From: an uncultured candidate division Zixibacteria bacterium
GTDB taxonomy: Bacteria > Zixibacteria > MSB-5A5 > UBA10806 > 4484-95
Length of the DNA: 64,000 bases
Reading direction: 5' to 3'
Assembly (NCBI GenBank): GCA_963668625.2
Contig: CAXXKA010000004.1
Location: 128,001 to 192,000, forward strand
Shown: piece by piece, positions 1-11,660 of the stretch
Layout of the letters: every line of letters begins with the position of its first letter
Numbering within the stretch: position 1 is the first letter of the stretch
Program-made: the position numbers and the translations under genes
Notes under the pieces: generated by a model
What the model was told of the DNA's origin: nothing
What the model saw: only the letters and a program-made list of their open reading frames with translations
Database searches by the model: none

Positions 1-321
1 CGATGAATTATCATCATTACTTCCTGAGCCATAAAGAAATTCCAGTCCGAAACCGATATCATATTTTTCAGTCTCGGCGTATAGTAACTCCGCAGAGAAA
101 CTAAACCCGTGCTCAACAGCCCATCGTGATGCCACACTACTTATCGAGGGATCCGGAGGCATTTCGTTATAAATAGAAATATTTCCACCGTCATTATTAA
201 AACCTGTCATCCTAAAATCAGTATAGCCGCCGCTTAAGCTCAGTGTGTATTTATCACCGGCGAAAGCGGTTGTGGCAATTATCACTATTATGAGAAGCGC
301 TGTTAGTAAAACCTGTTTCAT
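1..321 (-). CDS. Outer-membrane beta-barrel paralogue 5 (runs off window edge; not in ORF track)
   Basis: Manual translation from ATG at 321: MKQVLLTALLIIVIIATTAFAGDKYTLSLSGGY...HGFSFSAELLY...DIGFGLEFLY, open to base 1; signal peptide and same strand pattern as neighbours. Confidence 0.75.
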   Translation of the reverse strand, partial: MKQVLLTALLIIVIIATTAFAGDKYTLSLSGGYTDFRMTGFNNDGGNISIYNEMPPDPSISSVASRWAVEHGFSFSAELLYAETEKYDIGFGLEFLYGSGSNDDNSS

Positions 322-333
322 GATACCATCCTT

Positions 334-981
334 TTATAAGCTAAATGATATCCCTGTCTGGAAAAACCATCCGCTTAATCCGTATTGTTTATTATCATAG
401 TTTATGTATAACCTGTCATCCAATTTTCCTGATTTAACGAACCTGTACCCCCCCTCAACATTAAACCCGTATGTATTACTTTTGATAATTGTTTTTCCCA
501 GGCTGGGCACCACCCCCACAACATACGTATCGTTAGTAATTGCATACTTATTGTCATTGCAGATAAGCTTCGATACGCCATAGCCGATCCCAATGGACAG
601 CTTAGAATACATTTTGAATCTCAATACGTCGAAATTATTTCTCATTACAAAGTATGGCAGTACTATATCCACTGACCGACTATAATGATAATAATCAACA
701 TTCCGCCTTCGATTATCGTAATCATCCTGAAACGTGTGATAGCCATAGCTCAAACGATTTGAACCAGCAAATAAGTATTGTATTCCGCCACCAAGCGATA
801 AAACATCATTAACTTTGAATATAACTTCACCATATATATTAAAACCTGTATTAGTAGTATGCCCGGATTCATAGTTAAACCCTTCGCCGATAGTAAATGT
901 CACATTCTCGGATGACAAGACGAACCCCTGGGTTGCTATAATTAGTACAGCAAATGCCGCTATCGTTATTTTACTGTTCAT
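334..981 (-). CDS. Small outer-membrane beta-barrel protein (OmpA-TM/OmpW/Ail-like size)
   Basis: Signal peptide, alternating Gly/aromatic strands, C-terminal WFFQTGISFSL beta-signal. Confidence 0.75.
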   Translation of the reverse strand: MNSKITIAAFAVLIIATQGFVLSSENVTFTIGEGFNYESGHTTNTGFNIYGEVIFKVNDVLSLGGGIQYLFAGSNRLSYGYHTFQDDYDNRRRNVDYYHYSRSVDIVLPYFVMRNNFDVLRFKMYSKLSIGIGYGVSKLICNDNKYAITNDTYVVGVVPSLGKTIIKSNTYGFNVEGGYRFVKSGKLDDRLYINYDNKQYGLSGWFFQTGISFSL

Positions 982-993
982 ACCAAACTCCTT

Positions 994-1695
994 TTATAAG
1001 CTAAATGATATCCCCGTCTGGAAAAACCATCCGCTGAAATCTATTTCAGTATTATCATCATTTATGAAGAGATTATCATTCATCTCACTGGTCTTAATAA
1101 ACCTGTACCCAGTTTCGATATTTAGACCCCACTTTTTATTACTGATAATTGTCGTCCCGATGCCGGGGATAATACTTGCTACGAATATATCCCTTTCGGT
1201 TATGCTCCCATATCTACTGATATAAAATTTCGATATACCATAACCAAGCCCCACTGATAGCTTCGTATACCAACCGGCTTCGAACAATTTAAACTCGTTT
1301 TTAAAAACCAAATACGGTACTATAAAATCAATATCTCGATAGTATTCCTCGCTAGGCGGTTTACGATTATCGTAGTCATCCTGAAATGTCAAATAGCCAT
1401 CATTGCCTTGAGAGGAAGCAAACATGTACTGTATTCCCGCGCCCAGTGAAACATTGTTATTAATTTCGTATAGCCCCTCGCCATATATATTGTAGCCGTG
1501 ATTAATAGCATGCTCGTTTTCATAAACCCAGTAGTACAAATGGCCATAGTCTAATCTTATATATCTTCCGGTCTCGTTTTGAAAACTATTGAACCCGCCG
1601 CCAAACGTAAATGTTAAATTCTCGGATGATAAGGCGAACGCCTGAGCAGCCATCAATAAGACAACGAAAGCCGCTATCGTGAATTTTCTAGTCAT
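994..1695 (-). CDS. Small outer-membrane beta-barrel protein, paralogue
   Basis: Signal peptide, TFQDDYDNR loop, C-terminal WFFQTGISFSL. Confidence 0.75.
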   Translation of the reverse strand: MTRKFTIAAFVVLLMAAQAFALSSENLTFTFGGGFNSFQNETGRYIRLDYGHLYYWVYENEHAINHGYNIYGEGLYEINNNVSLGAGIQYMFASSQGNDGYLTFQDDYDNRKPPSEEYYRDIDFIVPYLVFKNEFKLFEAGWYTKLSVGLGYGISKFYISRYGSITERDIFVASIIPGIGTTIISNKKWGLNIETGYRFIKTSEMNDNLFINDDNTEIDFSGWFFQTGISFSL

Positions 1696-1707
1696 ACCAA
1701 GCTCCCT

Positions 1708-2409
1708 CTATAACCCGAATGATAAACCGGTTTGGAAAAAGACCCCGCTGAAATCCAGTCTTTCATTGTTTTCATTAAGCGTATCTGATTTATCCTTTAA
1801 TCTGGATGTTTTTATAATTCTATATCCTAACTCCAAGTTAATATATGTAGATGAGTAAAGATAAAAAGATGTTCCAATCGAGGGAATTGCTCCAACAGCG
1901 AAACCATTATACATACGCTTTTCAATATGATTGTAATCGAGAAGTTTAGTATAACCAAAGCCTATATCTAGCTTCGTGAAAAAATCCAATTTCACAAATT
2001 GGAAATGATAGCTGCCGGTGATGTAAGGCATAAAAATACGGCCTTTTACTGGTTCATCAGGATTAAACTGTCCGGAGGGTCGCCGGTTATCATAATCATC
2101 CCAATAAGTAGGTTCCGGATATATAATCTCATTCCCGTTATATAAGTAATATACTCCACCACCTAAATACAATTTGTCGGTCTCAGGATAAACAAACTCA
2201 ACATAAAAACTATAAACTTTAGAATGATTACTTTCAGTTTGATTATAATTATCAAGGTTGTAAGCTTCATGAACATAGTTAAAATCTCTATTTATCTCAG
2301 TCTGCCCAAGCCCGCCGCCTATATTTATACGAAACTTTGCCTCAGCCCCGGCGATGTTGATTGTTAAAAGCATGAAAAGTATTGCTAATAATAAAGTATT
2401 TCTACTCAT
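1708..2409 (-). CDS. Small outer-membrane beta-barrel protein, paralogue
   Basis: Signal peptide, WDDYDNR loop, ELGYR strand, C-terminal VFFQTGLSFGL. Confidence 0.75.
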   Translation of the reverse strand: MSRNTLLLAILFMLLTINIAGAEAKFRINIGGGLGQTEINRDFNYVHEAYNLDNYNQTESNHSKVYSFYVEFVYPETDKLYLGGGVYYLYNGNEIIYPEPTYWDDYDNRRPSGQFNPDEPVKGRIFMPYITGSYHFQFVKLDFFTKLDIGFGYTKLLDYNHIEKRMYNGFAVGAIPSIGTSFYLYSSTYINLELGYRIIKTSRLKDKSDTLNENNERLDFSGVFFQTGLSFGL

Positions 2410-2421
2410 ACCAAGCTCCCT

Positions 2422-3099
2422 TTATAACCCGAATGATATGCCGATTTGGAAAAAGACCCCGCTATACCTGAGTTCGCTTTTAGCCCACTGCTCGCCATAG
2501 AGATCGTATCTGCTTGTCACCTGATACTCATCCAAATTCGCTTCAATCACTCTATAGCCAAGTTCAACATTAAAAACTGGCAGATATCTTAAGTTAATAT
2601 TTTTACCGAGAGTAAAAACTAAACCTGCTCCATATCCGCTGGTTTTGAAATTCTCGATTAGATTATCATAATCGCTCAGCTTCGCATACCCATATCCCAC
2701 AGAAATCCGCGAGTATGATATAAATGATGAGAAATTGATTTTAGCCGTAACAAAAGGCATTACGAATCTTGACTCATCATAGAATTTGTTCGGTTCCCGT
2801 GTATAGTGGTTACCATCGCCGTAATCATCCAAAGGTACATCGTTATTAGCTTTAATATCATTAGCCCATAGATATTCTACACCCAGGCCAGCCTCATGAC
2901 CATTTGCAAACCGGTAAAGAACTTCAGCGCTATAGTTATAACCATGACAATGAATCGATGTAACATTACTTGATCCACCCAGCATACCACCCCCTCCCCA
3001 GCCAATATTAAATGAAATTTTATCCGATGATATACCGTACGCCTGGGCTGCCATAAATAAAACAGCCAACATTACTATAACACTTTTACAGTTTCGCAT
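2422..3099 (-). CDS. Small outer-membrane beta-barrel protein, paralogue
   Basis: Start moved to MRNCKS (ATG 3099, GGAGGGAG upstream); signal peptide; C-terminal VFFQIGISFGL. Confidence 0.75.
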   Translation of the reverse strand: MRNCKSVIVMLAVLFMAAQAYGISSDKISFNIGWGGGGMLGGSSNVTSIHCHGYNYSAEVLYRFANGHEAGLGVEYLWANDIKANNDVPLDDYGDGNHYTREPNKFYDESRFVMPFVTAKINFSSFISYSRISVGYGYAKLSDYDNLIENFKTSGYGAGLVFTLGKNINLRYLPVFNVELGYRVIEANLDEYQVTSRYDLYGEQWAKSELRYSGVFFQIGISFGL

Positions 3100-3134
3100 A
3101 ATACTCCCTCCGATAGTTAACTTATAATACAACA

Positions 3135-3863
3135 TCAAATGGATTTATTCAAGCGATAAATAGCTATCATTCCACCAAAAATATTCTCGTAGCTACCCTC
3201 AAGCTTGCCGGCTTTGAGCTTCTCCAGCACCTCGGGTTGCTCATAGAAAGTCTTCAATGATACCGGCAGATAATCGTAAGCGTAGCGGTTTCTGGTAAAA
3301 AGCGAGCTAAACCAGGGGGTAAATTTATAATAGTAGATATGAAACAGCCAGGCCAGCAGCCTGTTCGGTGGATGAGCCATGTCGATAATCGAGGCGTGGC
3401 CGCCCGGCCTCAGCACCCGCTCTATCTCCGAGCCGAAACCGTCAACCTGCCCCAGGTTGCGCAGAGAATAACCGTTGACCACGCCCTCGAAAACACCAGG
3501 CTTGAACGGCAGGTTCTCGGCATCACAGTTGATAAAGCAGACATTATCATTGCCGCGAAGTTTCGCTTTGGCCAGCTTATTCATCTCCTGCGCGAAATCC
3601 CCCAGCACGATGAAGCCCTCGAAACCGGGCATGTCGGCTATCTCTTTAGCCATATCGCCCGTGCCTGAGCAGATATCCAATATGAGCTTATCAGTCAGGT
3701 GAGGCTTAACCGTGCGCCTTCGCCAATGAGCATCCATACCAAGCGAGATTACCTTATTGAGAAGATCGTACCTGCCGCTGATATCATCGAACATGCGCCG
3801 TACGAAATTGCGTTTCTCGCTGATATCTTTGAACGGGCCGGTTGTTTTTGGGGTGTTTGTCAT
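3135..3863 (-). CDS. ubiE: Ubiquinone/menaquinone biosynthesis C-methyltransferase UbiE/MenG
   Basis: VRRMFDDISGRYDLLNKVISLG, LDICSGTGD SAM motif, DAENLPF, AYDYLPVS. Confidence 0.85.
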   Translation of the reverse strand: MTNTPKTTGPFKDISEKRNFVRRMFDDISGRYDLLNKVISLGMDAHWRRRTVKPHLTDKLILDICSGTGDMAKEIADMPGFEGFIVLGDFAQEMNKLAKAKLRGNDNVCFINCDAENLPFKPGVFEGVVNGYSLRNLGQVDGFGSEIERVLRPGGHASIIDMAHPPNRLLAWLFHIYYYKFTPWFSSLFTRNRYAYDYLPVSLKTFYEQPEVLEKLKAGKLEGSYENIFGGMIAIYRLNKSI

Positions 3864-4214
3864 AGAATTCCGCAATAATAACGGTTCAGCTCATATCGAA
3901 CGGATTGCCGCGTCGATCCGCTCCTGGCAATGATAGGTAATTTTTGCTTTTGCAATGATAGGCGCTTAATATAATAATGTTTATTTGAGTCGTCAGGAAT
4001 CCTTTCCTGACGATATTCTTCAGGTGCCCGGATTGGCAAGAAAAGAACAGTAAAGAATTCTGCTCGCTTGTAACCTCGTAAATGTCTGTTTTCTCGCTCC
4101 GGTCGGAATGCGAGCCTACACTTTTTTTATGATCTCGACAGATTGGTTCGTGCAATCCGTATCCTCGCAATAACTGGTGTTTCATATAATGATGTCGTAC
4201 GTCGGGATACATGC

Positions 4215-5243
4215 TTAGAATTTTCTGTTGATCATGAAATCAATCATCTGAAGGATAACGCCTCGCTTGTCAGGATCGATTTTGCCATCGAGTTTAGCGA
4301 AACTGGCTTTAGCCTTGGAGGCAAGCTCGACAGAGACAGCGATAGCGCGATCGATACAACCATAGCCCTTTATCATTTCCAGAATCGTATTCATGTCCGC
4401 GGCGTTTTTCTCATCACGGGGCATATCGAATGCCTGACGGAGGAACGCTTTCTCTTTTTCGGTAGCGTGCTCCATCAAATCGATAGTGATCAGGGTGCGT
4501 TTGGCCTCCCACAAATCACCGGCGATCTCCTTGCCGTAAACCTTCTCATTGCCGATCAAGTTCAGTACATCATCCTGTATCTGAAATGCAATACCCAGAT
4601 CTATGCCATAATCGTATATAATATCACGATTTTCCGGCTCGGCTCCGGCGATCATCGCGCCTGTCCACGAGGGCGTAGCGCAGGTATACCAGGAGGTTTT
4701 GCGCTGGCACATCTTGAAATAATCATCACCGGTTAAATCCCAGCGCTTGTTCTGCACCCATGAAAGCTCGATGTGCTGGCCGGCGGTGGTTTTATGGTAC
4801 ATTCTCAAGAACTGATCGATCACGTTCATGGCCATTTCAGCGCCCAGTATCTCGCGGTTAGCGTGCAGGAACTCCCACATCTTCCCCGCCAGGGCATCCC
4901 CGGCGTTCAACGCCAACGGTATACCGTAGGTTACGTGAAGAGCTGGTTTTCCTCGGCGAAGTTCCGAACCATCTTCAATATCATCATGGATAACTATCCA
5001 GTTCTGGAATATCTCCAGCGCCGCCGCCGTGTTTAGAGATTTCTCGATATCGCCGCCGAATGCCTCGCAAAACATCATTAATATTGATGGCCGGAGACCC
5101 TTTCCACCGCGACGAGGGTAATCGTTTATCATCTCGAATAGATTATCTATTTCAGGTATATCGTGGGATTGCGGCAGGATATCGAAAATGTGCTTATCAA
5201 CAAGCTCCTTATAGCCCTTCAGTATTTCAAAAAAGTCTGCCAT
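4215..5243 (-). CDS. Polyprenyl (geranylgeranyl-type) diphosphate synthase
   Basis: GGKGLRP, first Asp-rich HDDIED..RRG, GQ, KT, second FQIQDD motif. Confidence 0.9.
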   Translation of the reverse strand: MADFFEILKGYKELVDKHIFDILPQSHDIPEIDNLFEMINDYPRRGGKGLRPSILMMFCEAFGGDIEKSLNTAAALEIFQNWIVIHDDIEDGSELRRGKPALHVTYGIPLALNAGDALAGKMWEFLHANREILGAEMAMNVIDQFLRMYHKTTAGQHIELSWVQNKRWDLTGDDYFKMCQRKTSWYTCATPSWTGAMIAGAEPENRDIIYDYGIDLGIAFQIQDDVLNLIGNEKVYGKEIAGDLWEAKRTLITIDLMEHATEKEKAFLRQAFDMPRDEKNAADMNTILEMIKGYGCIDRAIAVSVELASKAKASFAKLDGKIDPDKRGVILQMIDFMINRKF

Positions 5244-5557
5244 TGGGATTATTTATAGGGAATAATACGCCAAAGGTCAAAGGATTTTTAAAAGAGAGTT
5301 TCGCCGTATATTGGCGCAAACGGCTTGGAGCGAAACCAGCAACATGCAGATGAGACACATTGCTGTATTCCAACGGTTTTGGCTATCGATAAAGCAGGTA
5401 AAAGAGTATATCTGCAGCCAGTAAAATTCTAGCGATTCGGACACGGGAACTGGTTGAGAAAACCTGTTACCCGTGTCGTTGGGTGGAAATCATTTTTTCC
5501 TGATTCTTGTGATTGGAGTACAACCTGATGCCTTAACTGGCATGCCTGTGATTGTAC

Positions 5558-7705
5558 TTATACCGCTTTCGTTGGTGTATCGATCGAGCTATCGGAACGC
5601 TTGGCCAGTACGGTCTGGATCATTTCCTTGATTTTATTCATCTCGAACGGCTTGGACATGATTGCCGAGAGACCACTTTCCTCGACCTTCTGGCTGTCAA
5701 TCTGGTTTCCCCAACCCGAGATCATCACCACCGGAACATTCGGCTTGAGCTCTTTACAGATACGGGTTACCTCCCAACCGCTGATACCCGGCATACCCAG
5801 ATCCGTCAATACGATATCGAACTCCTCGGCTTTGAACAGCTCTATACCCTCCTCGCCAGATTCGACCGCCTGTACGTTATGATCCATGAACTCGAGCATA
5901 TCCTTGATTACCTCGCGAATGTTGGTATCATCATCGATAACCAGTATGCGCGCCTTGATATCCTTGGTGATCTCCACCTGTTTGCCGGCTTTACGTTCGG
6001 CTCTATGGGCAATCGGGAAATACAGAGTGCAGGTAGTTCCCTCGCCAAGATTGGAGGTCACATCAATTTCGCCATTATGACGGTTAATAATGCCATAGAC
6101 TACCGCCAATCCCATACCGGTGTTTTTCATACCTTTGGTGGTAAAGAACGGGTAAAACACCCGGTTTAAAGTCGAATCAGCCATACCTACACCATCATCC
6201 TCGACCTTTATCACCGCCCGGTTATCGCTTTCGTAGGCGCTGATTTTGATCAAACCACCCTCGGTTAAAGCATCAACAGCGTTTAGTATTACATTCGACA
6301 CCGCCTCGACCAGTTCGGTTTTGGCGCCCAGCACCAGGCTTAGCTCGCCGATATTCTTCTCGAATTCGACATATATACCCAGACGCTGGCATTCATCTTT
6401 CCACCTCGGTTTGGTCAACTCGATAGAATCCTCGATTACCTTGGCGAGGTCGACATGCTCGAACCTGCCTTTATTGGATATACGGGTGAAATTCTGAAGT
6501 TTCCTGACTGTTTTCGCGCCTGACAGGGTAACTTCCTCTATTTGCTTGAGATGTTCCTCCCATTTGGGATCGCTGACCTCGCGCAACAGTAGCTGCGTTC
6601 TTCCCAGAATAGTACCCAGCACATTGTTGAAATCATGAGCCACACCGCCGGCCATTTCGCCTAAAGCGCGAAGTTTCTCTGTCATTACCAGTTGTTCCTG
6701 AGTGCTTGTCAGTTCTTTATAGGCTTTCTCGAGGCTTTCGTATAACTTTGCGTTTTCTATAGCATCAGCGGTTTGACGGGCGAAAATGGTTAACACATCC
6801 AGATCATCCTGCACGAACGTTTTACCATCCTCTGACCTCAACGTGATTGCCCCGATAACCTCTCCCGACCAGGTAAGAGGCGCGATGATAAGTGATTCGT
6901 GATCATCCGGAGTGCCGGGTATCTGGTAGGCACGGGGATCATCCTCACTGTTGTTGGATATCAATCCGACGCCGGTTTGCACTACGCGGCCGGTCAAGCC
7001 CTCGCCCGGCTTGAGCTCGACTTTCGATATCTGCTCCTCGTGCGAGTTATCAACAGTCATCAAAGGACGAATGCGACTATCCTTTTTATCGAGTATCATC
7101 ACTGAACCACCATCGGCCCCGATAATTTTCATGGAAAGATGCAACGCTTTCTCGAGCACCTCGGTATAGTTCAACGAGGAATAAATCGCGGTGGAAAGTT
7201 CCAGTAAAGCGGCCATTCTCGCAGCCAGTTCCTGCCCTTTCTGTTCTTTCAATGCAAGGTTTAGCGAAAGCTTTATCTGCTCAGCGATAAGTTTGGCTTT
7301 TTCGAGATAATTTTCGGAAAAATTATCCGGTTTCTCTTTCCAGCCCCAGAATAACATTCCACCGCACGCGCCTTTCAGCTCGAAAGGTATACGAATGAAA
7401 ATAGTACAATCGAATGTATGCATAAAAAACAGGCAGGGATTGGATTCGGATTCCCTCTCGAATTCGGCTATTTTCTCGCAGGTTACTTTAAATCCTTCAC
7501 GCTTGCTGGATAGCCAAACCATCGAGGCGTTTTTCTTGATAGTATCCAACCTGGTCTCATCGACAGGTGATTCGCTCCTGAAGTAAATTTCACTATCCAT
7601 TGCTTTCGGGTCAATCAGGGCAAGTGTAAAAACATCGGATTCGAAGCTCTGGCTTGATCTCGTAGAAACAGCCTCGAATAACGAAGCAATTGATTCTTTA
7701 TGCAA
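5558..7705 (-). CDS. GAF hybrid sensor histidine kinase/receiver
   Basis: GAF, HisKA AHDFNN, NAVDA/DDGVG/FFTTK/GMGL boxes, C-terminal REC; start taken at TTG overlapping upstream stop (ORF track extends to 7765). Confidence 0.9.
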   Translation of the reverse strand: MHKESIASLFEAVSTRSSQSFESDVFTLALIDPKAMDSEIYFRSESPVDETRLDTIKKNASMVWLSSKREGFKVTCEKIAEFERESESNPCLFFMHTFDCTIFIRIPFELKGACGGMLFWGWKEKPDNFSENYLEKAKLIAEQIKLSLNLALKEQKGQELAARMAALLELSTAIYSSLNYTEVLEKALHLSMKIIGADGGSVMILDKKDSRIRPLMTVDNSHEEQISKVELKPGEGLTGRVVQTGVGLISNNSEDDPRAYQIPGTPDDHESLIIAPLTWSGEVIGAITLRSEDGKTFVQDDLDVLTIFARQTADAIENAKLYESLEKAYKELTSTQEQLVMTEKLRALGEMAGGVAHDFNNVLGTILGRTQLLLREVSDPKWEEHLKQIEEVTLSGAKTVRKLQNFTRISNKGRFEHVDLAKVIEDSIELTKPRWKDECQRLGIYVEFEKNIGELSLVLGAKTELVEAVSNVILNAVDALTEGGLIKISAYESDNRAVIKVEDDGVGMADSTLNRVFYPFFTTKGMKNTGMGLAVVYGIINRHNGEIDVTSNLGEGTTCTLYFPIAHRAERKAGKQVEITKDIKARILVIDDDTNIREVIKDMLEFMDHNVQAVESGEEGIELFKAEEFDIVLTDLGMPGISGWEVTRICKELKPNVPVVMISGWGNQIDSQKVEESGLSAIMSKPFEMNKIKEMIQTVLAKRSDSSIDTPTKAV

Positions 7706-10700
7706 TACTGTTAGCACTGGATTTCCTCTTGTATTCGAATTTTTGTACAATCTTATATACATCATCGAGACTAAACGGCTTTTTAAGAATATCCGTTATA
7801 CCTCGTGATAACATCTCGCTGCTTTGTATTTCCCTGTTCCAGCCGGTCATCGGTATTAAATAACTATCCGGCGATGAGGCTTTTACTGAGTCTATTACTC
7901 CCCAGCCATCCTTATCGGGAAGGCCTAAATCGGTAAATATTATATCAAAATTATGTTCATTCAGAATCATCATAGCCGTTTCATAGTTTTCGGCAAGCAT
8001 GACATCGGCATTTAACTCTATGAAATATTCTTTTAGCACGTTTCTAAGATTAACGTCATCCTCAACTATAAGAATCGAAAAAGACTCTGAAACGACGGCC
8101 TCGTTAGCGATCGGCAACGTTATTTTAAACTCGGTGCCCCGACCGGATTCGCTTTCAACGGTGATAGATCCGCTATGCCCCTCGATAATCGAATAGACCA
8201 TCGCCAATCCCAATCCCGTACCTAGCCGCTGTTTCGTTGTGAAAAACGGATCGAAAATCTTCGATAAAATATCCTCCGGGATACCACTACCGTTATCAGC
8301 CAGGTCTATCCTTACATTATTTTTCTCAATATAAGCTTTTATTCTAATCTCACCCGTACCATCGATAGCATCAATAGCGTTGTTTATCAGGTTGGAAAAC
8401 ACCTCTACCATCATAGGTCTATCGCCATCGATAATCAGGTCATCCTCGAGATTCGTCTTGATTGATATATGATTATCTGAAATCGTATTATCCCATTTAG
8501 CCCTGGTGAGTTCTATGGTGTCATTTATTATCACCCTAAGGTCTATACGATCGAAATTCGGTACGTTCTTGGTTTTGGTAAATTCATTAATACGAGATAA
8601 TATTTTAACACCGTCATCCGCGGACTTTTCGATTATCCCCAGACCCCGTTTCAGTACATCCGGCGATATTCCGCCATCGGGTGCGCTGGCAATTGAAAGC
8701 ATCTGAACTCTCCCGATGATTGCGGCCATGATATTCTTGAAATCATGAGCGATACCGGCGGCGATTTCACCCAGCGCTTTGAATTTCTCGTTCTGTATGA
8801 TTTTCTCCTGAGCCATGGAGAGATCGTTGTAAGCCTTTTTAAGGTCGCTATAGAGAATAGCGTTTTTCATGGCAATCTTAAGATGCTGGGAGATATCGGC
8901 CAGCAAATACTGATCCTGTGTGCGGAAACCATCCTGACTGGGATTGCCGACAAGCAACAGGCAAATGCTGCCCTCATTTTCGATTACGGGCACGACAACG
9001 AGGTAATTAACTCTCTGAATCGAGAAGTACTCGCTAAGATTATTGGATAATTCCATCCGGTTGATATTGTAGTAAACCGGCTTATTATGAACCAATACCT
9101 CATCGAAATACTTGCTCAGGCCGTTTATCTGCTTTTCGCCCCAGCCCTCGGGATTAAAATTACTGAAATAATCGAGATTGGTTTTATATTTATCTTGTAC
9201 CTTAAACACCAAGGTTACCCAATGATAACCGGTTGATTGCGCCAGCGACTGAATTACCCTGGTAAACAACTCTTCCAGATCGAGCGTCGAGGTTATTGCC
9301 TGGTTTATCCGGTCTACCAGCGTCAGCCGTTCTGCTTTGTCGGTTTTATCCTGATACAGCGATATATTATCCAGAGTCAAAGCTAGAAAATCGGCAATCG
9401 TTTGGAGCGTCGACTTATCGATTGAAGTTACCGCCAATGAGCGCGTATCCTGTACCACCAGCACGCCATGAACATTTTTTATCCCCATCAACGGGATACA
9501 ATAATGCGTATTTATACGGTCTATACCGGTAACGGGATCACTTTCGCTGATACTATCGGAGGATTTATTCTCCTGGTCCCGATACGCCTGCATAATGAGG
9601 CTTTCTTTTACCTCCAGATGTGTCCCTGGTTCGTAACCATAACCGTACTGGCAACTTTGCTGGGCAAGATCGAGACCGTTCATCTTATCTGCAATAAATA
9701 CCGCAACCAGGTCGAAACGGAATCCTTCCCTGACACTTTTAACGGCCTCTCCTAAAAGATCGTTTCGATCCAGTATACCCGAGAGTTTCTTCACGATATG
9801 ATTGGTTATAGCCAGCTTATTGGAACGTTCTTTCTCCTGCTGCTTTAGTTTGAGCTTTTCGATTGCCGCGGCTACCTGGTCGACTATCGATACCAGCAAA
9901 TTAACATCCTTGGGCGAAAACGCGTAGGTAGAGGATGATTCTATATCCAGCACGCCGACAGCTTTATCGTTTAACATGATCGGTACCGCCAATTCCGAAC
10001 CCATTATGCCCGAGGTAGGTATGAATCTTTCATCTTTGGTTGTATCGTTGATATTTATAGGTTTTCTGTAGTACAGGGCGGTGCCTATAATCCCCTCGCC
10101 AACCCGGAACCGTCTGCCCAAAGATTCCTGCGAATATTCACCTGCAATCGCTGCCACGAACAGCTCGTTGGAGTTTTCATCCAGGAGAAGGAATGTGCAA
10201 TGAGGAAGGTTTAAATTCCTGGCGATTGTCAGGAGAACTCTTTCCAGAAACGGAATCAAATCCAGGTCGGTGTTCAGCGCCTGACCGACATCGGTAAGCA
10301 CCGCCATATGGGCGACCCTGTCCGAAAGCTGGGTATACATTCGGGCGTTCTCTATAGCGGCCGAGGCCTGAGCCACGATCGCGGCGGTAAGGTTGACCAC
10401 CTCGCTATCCATCGAGGCTCGTTCGGTGGAACGTTGTTCAACCATTACCAATAGTCCCTCGAATTTGCCGCCATGTTTCAAAGGCGAGATCATCACCCGG
10501 GTCGCGCCCTCGAATTTAAGCAGTTCCCTGTCTTTTTTAGGTATACTCGCTATCTCATCTTTTTCCAGGAGAACAGGATTTCCCATGTAGATTATGTCCT
10601 GAATCCAGGATATCTTTTCGATATTGAGTTGTTTCTCTTCATCACCGAATACTTTGTCGGCCCTTATCGAGAATACCTGGCGAACGCGCATGGAGTCATC

Positions 10701-11654
10701 ATTATCATCCGAAAGCATTATATAACTGAAACTGCAACCGTAGTAATTCCCCAGATGCTCGACCAGTATCGTGCAGACTTTATCGAGGTCGAGGGACATC
10801 GAGATAGCCAGCGAGGTTTTTACCAGCATCCGGGAACGCTTGTTTTCTTTTTCGGCGAGTACCTGGGATGAATGGTTTTCATAGAACCATGAAACCGCCA
10901 GGCCGACGAAATCGAGCTTGGAGAAATAATCCTCGCGATGTTCGGGGATATCGTTATGTAAAAATACGATAATACCGACCGGATTTCCCTGAGGTACCAG
11001 CGGCAACAGCCAGGCCGATTTATAACCGTCGAACAAACCGTGATACTTCCCGGGTATACGGGAAAGATCGGTTACGAACCTGGGAAAATCGGATTTCATG
11101 AGTTCATGCATATTGCCGGTCAGGTTTACGGTGTAACTCGTTTGCGGTTCGGGTTTCAATCCCGAATAGCCGAACAGCGACATGTTTTGTTGATCGCTTA
11201 TCAGGAAAACCGCGCCCGCGTTAAAGCCCAGATGTTCGCAGGAGAGATCGAGTAAATGACGGTAGCCCAGGGTCAGCGTATCGAGATTACCGATATTATC
11301 TTTGATATGTTGGAATATTTTTACGACGCCTGTTCCGATTCCCGAATCCGCGTACTCTCTTTTATCCAGTTTCTTTTTTATCGAAAGTAATTCTTCGATT
11401 TTGATATCGGAGGTGGAATCGTTAAACAGTTTCAATCCGGAAAGAAGTTTTCTTAAGGAATGTCTGTTTTTGATTATAGCGTAACCGACCGTGAGCAAAG
11501 CGATACTTATTAACAGGAATAAAGGTACCGCCAGGTTTGCCGAAAGTTGAGCTGACCGGCTATCGTGGACGGTATCGTAACCGAACCATACCGAAGCCAG
11601 CGCCAATAATATTAGTATAATGCCCCTATATGCTGAATCATTTTTCTGTTTCAT
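7698..11654 (-). CDS. Membrane-anchored multi-GAF hybrid histidine kinase
   Basis: Two N-terminal TM helices, about five GAF domains, AHDFKN, NAIDA/DNGSG/FFTTK/GTGLGL, C-terminal REC. Confidence 0.9.
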   Translation of the reverse strand: MKQKNDSAYRGIILILLALASVWFGYDTVHDSRSAQLSANLAVPLFLLISIALLTVGYAIIKNRHSLRKLLSGLKLFNDSTSDIKIEELLSIKKKLDKREYADSGIGTGVVKIFQHIKDNIGNLDTLTLGYRHLLDLSCEHLGFNAGAVFLISDQQNMSLFGYSGLKPEPQTSYTVNLTGNMHELMKSDFPRFVTDLSRIPGKYHGLFDGYKSAWLLPLVPQGNPVGIIVFLHNDIPEHREDYFSKLDFVGLAVSWFYENHSSQVLAEKENKRSRMLVKTSLAISMSLDLDKVCTILVEHLGNYYGCSFSYIMLSDDNDDSMRVRQVFSIRADKVFGDEEKQLNIEKISWIQDIIYMGNPVLLEKDEIASIPKKDRELLKFEGATRVMISPLKHGGKFEGLLVMVEQRSTERASMDSEVVNLTAAIVAQASAAIENARMYTQLSDRVAHMAVLTDVGQALNTDLDLIPFLERVLLTIARNLNLPHCTFLLLDENSNELFVAAIAGEYSQESLGRRFRVGEGIIGTALYYRKPININDTTKDERFIPTSGIMGSELAVPIMLNDKAVGVLDIESSSTYAFSPKDVNLLVSIVDQVAAAIEKLKLKQQEKERSNKLAITNHIVKKLSGILDRNDLLGEAVKSVREGFRFDLVAVFIADKMNGLDLAQQSCQYGYGYEPGTHLEVKESLIMQAYRDQENKSSDSISESDPVTGIDRINTHYCIPLMGIKNVHGVLVVQDTRSLAVTSIDKSTLQTIADFLALTLDNISLYQDKTDKAERLTLVDRINQAITSTLDLEELFTRVIQSLAQSTGYHWVTLVFKVQDKYKTNLDYFSNFNPEGWGEKQINGLSKYFDEVLVHNKPVYYNINRMELSNNLSEYFSIQRVNYLVVVPVIENEGSICLLLVGNPSQDGFRTQDQYLLADISQHLKIAMKNAILYSDLKKAYNDLSMAQEKIIQNEKFKALGEIAAGIAHDFKNIMAAIIGRVQMLSIASAPDGGISPDVLKRGLGIIEKSADDGVKILSRINEFTKTKNVPNFDRIDLRVIINDTIELTRAKWDNTISDNHISIKTNLEDDLIIDGDRPMMVEVFSNLINNAIDAIDGTGEIRIKAYIEKNNVRIDLADNGSGIPEDILSKIFDPFFTTKQRLGTGLGLAMVYSIIEGHSGSITVESESGRGTEFKITLPIANEAVVSESFSILIVEDDVNLRNVLKEYFIELNADVMLAENYETAMMILNEHNFDIIFTDLGLPDKDGWGVIDSVKASSPDSYLIPMTGWNREIQSSEMLSRGITDILKKPFSLDDVYKIVQKFEYKRKSSANSIA

Positions 11655-11660
11655 TCATCT

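Noticed and set aside
3886-4736. ORFs 3886-4212 (-) and 4143-4736 (+)
   Set aside because: No protein-like motifs; the plus-strand ORF is an antisense shadow of the prenyl synthase
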